64,000 nucleotides of DNA, from contig CAYNKH010000001.1 in the NCBI GenBank assembly GCA_964397745.1, positions 20,232 to 84,231 of the forward strand, read 5' to 3'. A model generated the notes under the pieces. That model was not told where the DNA came from. It saw only the letters and a list, made by a program, of their open reading frames with translations, and did no database searches. Origin of the DNA: an uncultured Bacteroidales bacterium. GTDB taxonomy: Bacteria > Bacteroidota > Bacteroidia > Bacteroidales > ML635J-15. How positions within the stretch are numbered: the first letter of the stretch is position 1; each line of letters opens with the position of its first letter. The translations under genes and the position numbers were made by a program. Below, one piece after another: positions 47,932 to 56,257 of this stretch.

Positions 47932-49710
47932 TCATTTTTTTATCCCCAATTCCTTATAAGCTCCGTCTATACCATACTTAATAGCTTTATCTGCAAATTG
48001 CTTGTGTGTGTTATCTCCTTTTAGCATTAATATTTTTGCTTTTATCAAATATGCATAAGCATTTGTATTGTCCTTTTCAGTTATTGAGTTGCATATTGCA
48101 AGAGCATCATTCAATTTGGCTTCACTGTTTTTTAAAAGTTTTAGATTTGGGATTTTCATCCTCATAGATTTTATTGGCTCATAATATTCAAACTCAAGGG
48201 AATTAGGTTTATATTTGCAAGCCTCTAATAGCTTAACAAGAGCTTCATTATTAAAGGATTGTTGATAAAAAGGATTTTTGTCTTTAGCAATATTAAATTG
48301 CTTTACTGCATTTTGATTATTTCCTTGAAAAATATAAATAAGCCCTTTTAGATTATAAATAAATTCTTTTCCGTCAAAACTCTCCATAGTCTCAGCCAAT
48401 TCGATAGCTTTATTAACTTTTTGCATGGCCGCTTCTGCATCATGATTATTGAGCTGAATCATTGCTAAACCAAAATCAGATTTGACAATATAAGAGTTTG
48501 CAACAAATTTAATATCCTCATCACTAAGTTTAATACTGTAAAAATCCATAACCTCTGCTTCTAGCAAATTTTTATTTTGCAAGCTACTCTCAAAAAAAAT
48601 AGAAGCATTTTTATAATCATAAAGAGCGATATATGCTGAGGCTTTAAGATTATCAAGGACAGCACTTTTTGCAATTTGTTGAAATCCGGCATTCACAATT
48701 TCTATCACTTTTAAATACTCAGTATTATTAAATGCTCGCAATGCTCTGATAAAATAATAAGGCATAAGACTATCATTGCAATATTTTAAGTTTGTGTTGC
48801 GTATTTCGGAAGCCTTTTCAATTTGATCGGCAGGTATAAGAGACAATGCTTTTTCATAAGCTTCGCAATAATCTTCAAATCTGTTAGTCTGAAAATGTAA
48901 ATCACCAAGATTAGTGTAGGCCATATATGAGTTTGGAGCAATTTCAAGGGATTTTTTTACACTTTTCTCTGCAAGATCATACTCAAGACGGCTAAAATGT
49001 ATTGAAAATTTTAGATAATAAAAATCGGCAATCGTACTGTCCAAACTGATAGCCTTGTCTATATCTATCAATGCCTCATCAAGAACATTAAGACCCATTA
49101 AAATATACGCACGATAATAGTAATAATCAGGCATTTCTGGGTCTAATTCTATCGCATCTGAAAGATCGCTATATGCAAAATGAACCTGGTTTGTTTGAAT
49201 ATAAAAATTTGCCCGTGTTATTAGATAATCGGTATTTGTATTATCGAGGTGAACAGCTCTTGTAAAATCAAGCATAGCATTGTCAGCATCCTTACGTGCC
49301 TGATAAATTAAACCTCTAGTCATATACAAATGCGCCGTTGTGTCGCTTAGTACTAAACCTTGACTTACAGTCTCCCAGGCGTTATCTAAATCGCCTAATT
49401 CGAACCACGCTCTGGCACAATGAGAATAACAATTTATGCAATTTGGATTAAGCTCAATAGCTTTATTATAACTATTTATGGCGGAGCTGTATTCTGACAA
49501 ATTTAAAAATGAATACCCAAGACTTTGCTGATATTTATAATTATTAGGCTCGGTAGCGATTAGCGGATTTAAAATTGAAATTGCCTCCTCAAATTGAAAA
49601 CTATCCATAAGATTTTCGGCCTCTTTGTATTGTTCGTCATTTGATTGCGAAACAGCTGGTATTCCAGACATCACAAGTAAAACAGCACATAATATTTTTA
49701 AATATTTCAT
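47932..49710 (-). CDS. Tetratricopeptide-repeat protein, secreted
   Basis: 592 aa with signal peptide MKYLKILCAVLLVMSGIPAVSQ. It has many 34-aa TPR-like units (A...Y..AI.L.P....Y..RA). Confidence 0.75.
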   Translation of the reverse strand: MKYLKILCAVLLVMSGIPAVSQSNDEQYKEAENLMDSFQFEEAISILNPLIATEPNNYKYQQSLGYSFLNLSEYSSAINSYNKAIELNPNCINCYSHCARAWFELGDLDNAWETVSQGLVLSDTTAHLYMTRGLIYQARKDADNAMLDFTRAVHLDNTNTDYLITRANFYIQTNQVHFAYSDLSDAIELDPEMPDYYYYRAYILMGLNVLDEALIDIDKAISLDSTIADFYYLKFSIHFSRLEYDLAEKSVKKSLEIAPNSYMAYTNLGDLHFQTNRFEDYCEAYEKALSLIPADQIEKASEIRNTNLKYCNDSLMPYYFIRALRAFNNTEYLKVIEIVNAGFQQIAKSAVLDNLKASAYIALYDYKNASIFFESSLQNKNLLEAEVMDFYSIKLSDEDIKFVANSYIVKSDFGLAMIQLNNHDAEAAMQKVNKAIELAETMESFDGKEFIYNLKGLIYIFQGNNQNAVKQFNIAKDKNPFYQQSFNNEALVKLLEACKYKPNSLEFEYYEPIKSMRMKIPNLKLLKNSEAKLNDALAICNSITEKDNTNAYAYLIKAKILMLKGDNTHKQFADKAIKYGIDGAYKELGIKK

Positions 49711-49920
49711 AAAACAAATTTTAGATTGTCAAAGTTATAAAAATTAAATGAAAAACTGATAATTGCGCTCCAGTAATATGTTCACAGTTCAGTTCATCAA
49801 CTGTTTCAGACATTAGCAATTTATACAAATCCGTCGGATAGCCAAGAACCGAGAACAGTTTTTCTGTGTCTCTGTGAAGTGCTGATAACTCAGATAAATA
49901 GTTTATATATTGCGATGAAA
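49711..49920. repeat. Gene-free spacer with dispersed-repeat modules
   Basis: GTAATATGTTCACAGTTCAGTTCATC (49773-49798) is related to the inverse of 4606-4628. TTCTGTGTCTCTGTG (~49862-49876) is the inverse of the CACAGAG motifs at 4529-4566. Confidence 0.5.
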
Positions 49921-50553
49921 TTAAATTTTTCTTAAAATAATGCTTCTGTTTTTATCTAAATATACAATCTCAAATCCAAATTTTTGGCTAATATATTCAA
50001 AAGTATCAAGTGAATAAAAGCAAACATGAGTGGGGTCTTTTATGTAGTACCAATCTAAAAAATTATCGGGATTTACGTTAAACTCGGTCATTATAGACAA
50101 ATAACCGCCTGGTTTAAGATGAGAAATGATTGTTTCAAGTTCTTTGGAAGGGGAGAAAAAATGCTCAAAACACTCTGTGGCAAAAATAAAATCATATTTT
50201 TTATTCAAAAGACTAGGAAAGAAAAATGGGTCATAATAGTCGCATTCTATATTTTGTAGGTTTAGAAGTTTAGACAATACAGAATCAGGACCACAGCCGT
50301 AATCCAGTCCATGCATGGTTTTGTTGATGTATGTTAAACTTGGTTCGATAATGCGATTCAAAAACTCAACATAGCCTTTTGCTTCGATGTTATTTTGATG
50401 GAGGGCGTATCTTTTTTTTTCTTCATCTGCACCTAGATATGAATTGGGAGAAAGAAAAACCAATTTGCAAACAGAACAGAAAAAATAAATATTGTTATTA
50501 AAAGGTTTTTTTTCAAATGTAGATGTGTGATTATTGCATAAAGGACATTGCAT
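49921..50553 (-). CDS. Class I SAM-dependent methyltransferase with N-terminal CxxC...CxxC zinc ribbon
   Basis: 210 aa with MQCPLCNNH...FFCSVCKLVF, then a SAM motif (GLDYGCGPD) and FATECFEHF. Confidence 0.75.
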   Translation of the reverse strand: MQCPLCNNHTSTFEKKPFNNNIYFFCSVCKLVFLSPNSYLGADEEKKRYALHQNNIEAKGYVEFLNRIIEPSLTYINKTMHGLDYGCGPDSVLSKLLNLQNIECDYYDPFFFPSLLNKKYDFIFATECFEHFFSPSKELETIISHLKPGGYLSIMTEFNVNPDNFLDWYYIKDPTHVCFYSLDTFEYISQKFGFEIVYLDKNRSIILRKI

Positions 50554-50618
50554 AATTTGGTTTTTTTATTTCGTTCGTTCTTAGTTCACTCCCAACTCTA
50601 GTTCACTCCCCACTCCCC

Positions 50619-51287
50619 TTATTTCATCAACTCATACAGCTCATAAGTATTAATTATCTGGATATTTTTCGCTTCGGCTCTAATAATATTATCATTGTGC
50701 AGCTCTCTTATTGCTCTGCTAAGAGAGGGGCGGGTAACTCCAAATATTTCTGCTAACTTTGATTGCGAAAACGGTAAGGTAACATAATTAGAGTTTGAGT
50801 TTTTTGCTAAATTTAAAATATAAAACGCAAATTTTCCTTTAATACTGTGGAAGGACAAAAACTTTAACTTCTGAGATAAAAATTGGGCCCTACCCGAAAT
50901 GTTATTCATAAAGTTTGTTAGGAGCTTGTCGTTCTTTTGCATCATTTTTACAAACTCTGATTTAGGAATCTTTAATATTTCGGTTTTTGTTTGTGATATT
51001 ATATTTACTGGAAAAGTATTGTTTTGCCCAAAAATAAAAGCTGGAGCAAGGGGACGTGGGCTTTCAATTTCTTCAATTATTACAGTTTTGCCACCAATGT
51101 CAATCATTTCTCCTCGACTTATACCATTTATTACTATCATAAGATGTTCAACATTGTCATCTTGATAAGCAATTAGATCTCCAGGCTCGTAATACTTGGT
51201 TTGGTAAAAAATCCCATCCAAAATATTTAACACCTCCGCAGGGGAAATGCCTTTAAAAAGTGGGCTATTTGATAATTTTTCATTCAT
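50619..51287 (-). CDS. Crp/Fnr family transcriptional regulator (candidate HcpR)
   Basis: It has an N-terminal cNMP-binding-like beta-roll and a C-terminal HTH (SQSKLAEIFGVTRPSLSRAIRELHNDNII). It is divergent from the ferredoxin-hcp operon. I use the ATG at 51287 (MNEKLSNSPLFKGI). Confidence 0.8.
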   Translation of the reverse strand: MNEKLSNSPLFKGISPAEVLNILDGIFYQTKYYEPGDLIAYQDDNVEHLMIVINGISRGEMIDIGGKTVIIEEIESPRPLAPAFIFGQNNTFPVNIISQTKTEILKIPKSEFVKMMQKNDKLLTNFMNNISGRAQFLSQKLKFLSFHSIKGKFAFYILNLAKNSNSNYVTLPFSQSKLAEIFGVTRPSLSRAIRELHNDNIIRAEAKNIQIINTYELYELMK

Positions 51288-51329
51288 ATTCAGGTAATCT
51301 CGTGCAAATATGCAAAATAGTTTCAATTT

Positions 51330-51345
51330 TGTAACAATTGTTACA
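51330..51345. promoter_or_regulatory. Perfect 16-bp palindrome TGTAACAATTGTTACA, candidate Crp/Fnr (HcpR) operator
   Basis: Read directly from the sequence. It has the 5-N6-5 geometry of Crp/Fnr sites. It sits in the divergent spacer, centred about 30 bp upstream of a TAATTTTG -7 box. Confidence 0.6.
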
Positions 51346-51366
51346 CATCGACAACATTAATCGTCG

Positions 51367-51374
51367 TAATTTTG
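51367..51374 (+). promoter_or_regulatory. Candidate -7 box (TAATTTTG) of the ferredoxin-hcp operon
   Basis: Matches TAnnTTTG, 28 nt upstream of the ATG at 51403. No TTTG -33 element lies at the expected spacing. Confidence 0.4.
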
Positions 51375-51402
51375 TTTCAAAGTTAAAATAAAATTTAAAA
51401 TT

Positions 51403-52263
51403 ATGATACGCGAAATTGTTAAAATAGACGAAGATAAATGTGACGGTTGCGGTTTATGCATTCCAAATTGTCACGAAGGTGCTTTGCAAATCATAGATGG
51501 CAAGGCAGTATTGGTTAGCGATTTGATGTGTGATGGTCTTGGGGCATGTTTAGGACATTGTCCGCAAGGAGCTATCGAAATTGAGACTCGTGAAGCTGCT
51601 CCGTATGATGAAGTAGCTGTAGTTAAGGATATTATACCTAAAGGAAAAAATGTGATGGTTGCTCATTTGAGACATCTCAACGATCATAATGAACATGATT
51701 TTTTCAGACAAGCAATTGAATATCTTGAAGCTAATCGCAAAGATTTACCGTGGGATTTAACTGAAGTAAAGTCTGAAATTCATAAAATTAGAACTGAAAA
51801 GTCTTCATCTTGTGGATGTTCTGGTTCTGCCGAAAAAACTTTTAACTCTGCTCATGATTGTCAATCTCTCGGCGACGTGCCTTCTGCATTAACTAATTGG
51901 CCAGTAAAAATGCACTTAGTAAATCCAAACGCTCAGCATTTTAAAAATTCAGATCTTCTTTTAGCTGCTGATTGTGTAGCTTTTAGCATGGGCAATTTTC
52001 ATCAAACAATATTAAAAGGTAAAACTATGGCAATTATGTGTCCTAAGTTAGATACCAGAACAGAAGCCTATGTTGAAAAAATCACAAGCTTAATCGATGA
52101 TGCTAAAATAAATACAATTACGGTAGCTATGATGGAAGTGCCATGTTGCAATGGCTTATTACGATTTGTGCAACTGGCTTTACAAAAGGCAAAACGAAAA
52201 GTGCCAGTAAAAATCATTGTGGTATCAGCAGCAGGGCAAATATTAAATGAAGAGTGGTTGTAA
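51403..52263 (+). CDS. 4Fe-4S dicluster domain protein (ferredoxin-like, hcp-associated)
   Basis: 286 aa with two CxxCxxCxxxC-type motifs (CDGCGLCIPNCHEG; CDGLGACLGHCPQG) and a Cys-containing C-terminal domain (CGCSGS, CPKL, VPCCNG). Confidence 0.8.
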   Translation: MIREIVKIDEDKCDGCGLCIPNCHEGALQIIDGKAVLVSDLMCDGLGACLGHCPQGAIEIETREAAPYDEVAVVKDIIPKGKNVMVAHLRHLNDHNEHDFFRQAIEYLEANRKDLPWDLTEVKSEIHKIRTEKSSSCGCSGSAEKTFNSAHDCQSLGDVPSALTNWPVKMHLVNPNAQHFKNSDLLLAADCVAFSMGNFHQTILKGKTMAIMCPKLDTRTEAYVEKITSLIDDAKINTITVAMMEVPCCNGLLRFVQLALQKAKRKVPVKIIVVSAAGQILNEEWL

Positions 52264-52276
52264 ATTCTCGTTACCT

Positions 52277-52297
52277 CACGATTGTATCGTGCGGTAG
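52277..52297. repeat. CACGAT-tgt-ATCGTG-CGGTAG hairpin module (family B)
   Basis: Lies 14 nt after the stop at 52263. The same module occurs at 4828-4848 and 27095-27116. Confidence 0.6.
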
Positions 52298-52356
52298 AGA
52301 AAATCCGAATTAAAATAATATAAAAAAATGTTTATCAATAGAATTAGTATTTGGAA

Positions 52357-52460
52357 CAGAATGTTCGGGAGCAAGGCTTTCGAAGTGTTGAAAATCAAGG
52401 CGTTTGCTTTTGCAAATAACTGTTTTCAACACGAGAGTAACACAGCTGTCAGACATTCTG
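52357..52460. repeat. Three-tier nested inverted repeat (104 nt) between the ferredoxin gene and hcp
   Basis: The outer arms are CAGAATGT (52357-64) and ACATTCTG (52453-60). The middle arms are GTGTTGAAAA (52385-94) and TTTTCAACAC (52423-32). The inner arms are TTTGC (52403-07) and GCAAA (52412-16). Confidence 0.65.
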
Positions 52461-52501
52461 GGCAAATACTATATTATTAACTAAAATAGGAGAAATAAAT
52501 T

Positions 52502-54151
52502 ATGTCAATGTTTTGTTTTCAATGTCAAGAAGCAGCTAAAGGAACAGGCTGTACAATTAAAGGTGTCTGCGGAAAAACAGACGAAGTTGCTAACATGCAA
52601 GATCTTTTGATCTATGTTACAAAAGGAGTATCTATTTTTGCTCAAATGGCAAGAGAAAAAGGTATAGTATCAAAAAATGTAGATCATTTTGTATTTGATG
52701 CTTTGTTTACAACTATTACTAATGCGAATTTCGATTATGATGTAATAATTGGTAAGGTAAAAAATGGTCTTAAAGTTCGTGAAGAAATCAAAAATGAGTT
52801 TATTAAGGCAGGTGGAACTGTGCCTGAGAAACTTCATTCATCTGCAACTTGGACAGCTAATACTGACGAGGAATTTGAGAGAAAATCAAAACTTATTGGA
52901 GTATTATCTATCGAAAATGAAGATATACGTTCATTAAAAGAATTACTAACTTATGGTCTTAAAGGTATCGCAGCTTATGCCGAACATGCTTTTAATCTTG
53001 GTTTTAATAACGATGAGGTACACAGCTTTTTACAAAGAGGACTTGTTGCAACTACCGAAGATAAAACTGTTGATGAGTTAGTCGCTTTAGTTCTTGAGTG
53101 TGGTAAGTTTGGTGTTGATGTTATGGCTTTATTGGACAAAGCAAATACCGATACTTATGGTAATCCAGAAATTACCGAAGTAAATATTGGTGTTCGTAAC
53201 AATCCAGCAATTCTTATTAGCGGACACGACCTTAAAGATCTTGAGGAATTGTTAGAGCAAACTCAAGGTACAGGTGTTGATGTTTATACTCACAGTGAAA
53301 TGCTTCCAGGACATTATTATCCAGCATTTAAAAAATATGAAAACTTTGTTGGTAATTACGGAAATGCCTGGTGGAAACAAAGAGAAGAGTTTGAGACTTT
53401 TAATGGTCCTGTACTTTTCACAACTAACTGTATCGTTCCGCCTTTAGATAAAGCAACTTATACCGATCGTATTTATACAACTGGAGCATCTGGTTTAGCA
53501 GGAGCAAAGCACATTCCAGCACGTGAAGATGGTAAAGTGAAAGATTTTTCTGAAATTATTGAACATGCAAAAAAATGTAAAGCTCCAACTGAAATCGAAA
53601 CTGGTACAATCGTTGGTGGATTTGCTCACAATCAAGTTTTGGCTCTTGCAGATAAAGTTGTGGATGCTGTAAAAACTGGTGCTATTCGTAAATTCTTTGT
53701 AATGGCAGGTTGTGATGGTAGAATGAAATCTCGTGAGTATTACACAGAGTTTGCTGCAAAATTACCTAAGGATACTGTCATTCTTACCGCTGGTTGTGCA
53801 AAATATCGTTACAACAAACTTGAGCTTGGTGATATTGGGGGAATTCCACGTGTACTTGACGCAGGACAATGTAATGACTCGTATTCGTTAGCAGTTATTG
53901 CTTTGACACTTAAAGATGTGTTTAAAGTGGACAACATCAATGATTTACCAATAGCATACAATATTGCATGGTACGAACAAAAAGCTGTTATTGTGTTGTT
54001 GGCTTTACTATATTTAGGTGTGAAAAACATTCACTTGGGTCCAACATTGCCAGCTTTCCTTTCGCCTAATGTAGCAAAAGTTCTTGTTGATAATTTCGGA
54101 ATTGCAGGAATTAATACAGTTGACGAAGACATGAAGATGTTTTTAAACTAA
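52502..54151 (+). CDS. hcp: Hybrid-cluster protein / hydroxylamine reductase
   Basis: 549 aa with the N-terminal Cys cluster [23 protein letters not shown]. The length and the GCDG and AGCAKYR motifs are typical of Hcp. Confidence 0.95.
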   Translation: MSMFCFQCQEAAKGTGCTIKGVCGKTDEVANMQDLLIYVTKGVSIFAQMAREKGIVSKNVDHFVFDALFTTITNANFDYDVIIGKVKNGLKVREEIKNEFIKAGGTVPEKLHSSATWTANTDEEFERKSKLIGVLSIENEDIRSLKELLTYGLKGIAAYAEHAFNLGFNNDEVHSFLQRGLVATTEDKTVDELVALVLECGKFGVDVMALLDKANTDTYGNPEITEVNIGVRNNPAILISGHDLKDLEELLEQTQGTGVDVYTHSEMLPGHYYPAFKKYENFVGNYGNAWWKQREEFETFNGPVLFTTNCIVPPLDKATYTDRIYTTGASGLAGAKHIPAREDGKVKDFSEIIEHAKKCKAPTEIETGTIVGGFAHNQVLALADKVVDAVKTGAIRKFFVMAGCDGRMKSREYYTEFAAKLPKDTVILTAGCAKYRYNKLELGDIGGIPRVLDAGQCNDSYSLAVIALTLKDVFKVDNINDLPIAYNIAWYEQKAVIVLLALLYLGVKNIHLGPTLPAFLSPNVAKVLVDNFGIAGINTVDEDMKMFLN

Positions 54152-54184
54152 TTTAATAAATTAAAAAAGTTTAATAACTAAAAA

Positions 54185-54244
54185 ATGAACAATGACGATT
54201 AATACCAAAATAAAATTGTAAATTAGTCGTTGCTGTTCATTTTT
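54185..54244 (+). terminator. Rho-independent terminator after hcp
   Basis: ATGAACAATGACGA (54185-98) pairs with TCGTTGCTGTTCAT (54227-40) at 13 of 14 positions, including two G-U pairs. It is followed by TTTT. Confidence 0.55.
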
Positions 54245-54293
54245 AATTACTAATTTTATTTAAAAAGAGAAATTGATGTATGATAAAAAAAAC

Positions 54294-54430
54294 GTATCGT
54301 CCCCAAAGGGACTTGTAGGAAGTTCATTGATAGATTTTACAAATGTTCTGTCCCTACGGGACTAATGCCGTAGGTATCAAATATTGGTGAGATCAGTATA
54401 ATAAAACCAAAAGTCCCGTAGGGACGATAC
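54294..54430. repeat. Family A element: 137 bp with 10-bp perfect terminal inverted repeats and three GTCCC-loop-GGGAC hairpins
   Basis: The terminal repeats are GTATCGTCCC (54294-303) and GGGACGATAC (54421-30). The hairpins are GTCCCcaaaGGGAC (54299-312), GTCCCtacGGGAC (54350-62) and GTCCCgtaGGGAC (54413-25). It is homologous to 57267-57473. Confidence 0.75.
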
Positions 54431-54505
54431 ATTATTGCACAAATTTAAAAATAATTTTATCGCAAAATATTGAATTTAATTACTAATTTTATAAAAAATA
54501 TTACT

Positions 54506-54844
54506 ATGAAAATTACAAAAATTAACGAACCTGAAATTGCACAAACTCCTCACAAAGTTGATGTTAGGAAATTGTATGAAAAAGAAACTGCACAGGTTAT
54601 GCACATTACTCTAAAGCCAGGCGAAGCTCTTAAACCACACTTTACACCAGTTGACGTTTTTTTCTACATTTTGGAAGGAACTCCTGAAGTTATGGTTGGT
54701 AATGAAACAGTTAAAGTTGAAGCAGATTCTCTTGTTGAGAGTCCAAAAGATATTGTACATTGTTTGTACAATAATTCTGATTCTATCGCAAGAATATTAG
54801 TGGTAAAAGCACCAAAACCCACTTCACAAGCTAGATTACTTTAA
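54506..54844 (+). CDS. Cupin domain protein
   Basis: 112 aa from the ATG at 54506. It shows a small single-domain cupin pattern (HITLKPGEALKPH....DVFFYILEGT..V.VG.E...V...SLV..P....H.L.N) and is a paralog of the next gene. Confidence 0.7.
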   Translation: MKITKINEPEIAQTPHKVDVRKLYEKETAQVMHITLKPGEALKPHFTPVDVFFYILEGTPEVMVGNETVKVEADSLVESPKDIVHCLYNNSDSIARILVVKAPKPTSQARLL

Positions 54845-54848
54845 TATT

Positions 54849-55178
54849 ATGTACAAAAAATCATATCAAACTGCTGAGTTACGAGATAATCCCTTTAATG
54901 CTGATGTAAGAGTTTTATTTACTGATAAAACTGCTGAGTTTTTGCATCTTAAACTAGAACCTGGAAAAATATTGGCGAAAGTTAGAATAGACATCCCAGC
55001 TTATTTTTATGTGCTTGAAGGAAAACCTGAGATAATTATCGACGATAAAATTCAAATAATAGAAAAAGATGAGTTTGTTTATTGTCCCGCTGGAAGCGAG
55101 CATTGCATAAATAATCATGGCAGCGATACTGCAAGAATTTTAATTGCAAAAACATTTATCTCAAATTGCAATAAATAG
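54849..55178 (+). CDS. Cupin domain protein (tandem paralog)
   Basis: 109 aa (LHLKLEPGKILAKVRIDIPAYFYVLEGKPEIIIDD...VYCPAGSEHCINNHG). It starts 4 nt after the previous stop. Confidence 0.7.
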   Translation: MYKKSYQTAELRDNPFNADVRVLFTDKTAEFLHLKLEPGKILAKVRIDIPAYFYVLEGKPEIIIDDKIQIIEKDEFVYCPAGSEHCINNHGSDTARILIAKTFISNCNK

Positions 55179-55582
55179 TAAAGATTTCACGTGGGAGGCA
55201 CCACTGACGTGGTCTTTTCTGTTGGTTTGTAATGTGTTGAAAAGATGCTTCACACTTCGATGCAGTACATCATTTTTCAAACTTCACTTTTTCCCTACCC
55301 GCACCCTTTTGTTAAAAAGGAGGACTACACACCTGTTGCATACAGCATTAGCATTGGTCTTCCCCTTTAGGAGCCAGGGGTAGCGTTGGCAAGCGTAAGC
55401 TCTTAATTCTCTTAATCCCTTAAATGATAAAAACACTTACGAAGTGAGCAATTTGTACTGAGCGGAGCCGAATTAAGTTAACGATAAGTCAAAACCTTTC
55501 CTTACTTTTGTTTATGCGATTCACTATATTTGTAACCCAATAGAAATAATATTACACATCATCAAATCGTAAAAACATCTAA
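55179..55582. repeat. Gene-free repeat island (mosaic of dispersed modules)
   Basis: 55288-55380 (CTTTTTCCCTACCCGCACCCTTTTGTT...CTACACACCTGTTG...CAGCATTAG...) is homologous to the minus strand of 28665-28740. GTGTTGAAAA (55246) also occurs at 52385. CGAAGTGAGC (55440) also occurs at 28301. The ORF 55144-55383 looks non-coding. Confidence 0.6.
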
Positions 55583-56224
55583 CTAAAAAGCCAGTAAAAC
55601 ATTTAATAGCTCTTCTGGATTATCGACAAGATAGTCGGGGTTTTTAGTTTTTAATATTTCACGAGAATTAAAACCGTGGCTAACTGCTACAATAGGAATA
55701 TTAATTCTTTTTAAAGCTTCTATATCTCGTGTTTCATCACCAACATAGATTACATTATTTCTGTTAAGTTTATATTTAGCGATAAGCCTTGACAATGTTT
55801 TATCCTTACCGAAAATATTTTTACCTGAATGAACAAAATCAAAAACATTATCTAATGTGTTTTGCTTGAGAAATAAATTTATGATTGTAACAGAGTTTGA
55901 GCTTAGTACGCCTAGTTTAAAATCTTGTTTCTTTAGTTTATGAAGAACTTCAATCATACCAGGTATTGGTTTTATGTTTTTAATTTCCTTTTTAAGATCT
56001 TTTTTAATTTTAATTGCCAATTTAGGTATTTTGATTAAAGGGATGCCGCATTCACGCAAAAAACTCTGCGTATTCATAGACCTAAATTTTTCTTTGTCAT
56101 CGTAATTAACTTTTTTGCAATTATAATCTGCCGCAATGGCATTATATAAATTGGCAATTGTTTCGAGAGTATCAGCAATTGTACCGTCAAAATCAAAAAT
56201 AATGGTCTTGCGTAAATCGGACAT
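55583..56224 (-). CDS. HAD superfamily hydrolase (phosphoglycolate phosphatase-like subfamily IA)
   Basis: 213 aa with motif I IIFDFDGTIADT, motif II LGVLSSN and motif IV VGDETRDI. Confidence 0.8.
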   Translation of the reverse strand: MSDLRKTIIFDFDGTIADTLETIANLYNAIAADYNCKKVNYDDKEKFRSMNTQSFLRECGIPLIKIPKLAIKIKKDLKKEIKNIKPIPGMIEVLHKLKKQDFKLGVLSSNSVTIINLFLKQNTLDNVFDFVHSGKNIFGKDKTLSRLIAKYKLNRNNVIYVGDETRDIEALKRINIPIVAVSHGFNSREILKTKNPDYLVDNPEELLNVLLAF

Positions 56225-56257
56225 ATAGAAATGATTTATGTAACAAAGTTAGCAAAT

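Noticed and set aside
56237-56252. Second HcpR-like site (TGTAACAAAGTTAGCA) between the HAD and methyltransferase genes
   Set aside because: Only the left half-site matches and the right half is not complementary. A single half-site is expected by chance in AT-rich DNA.
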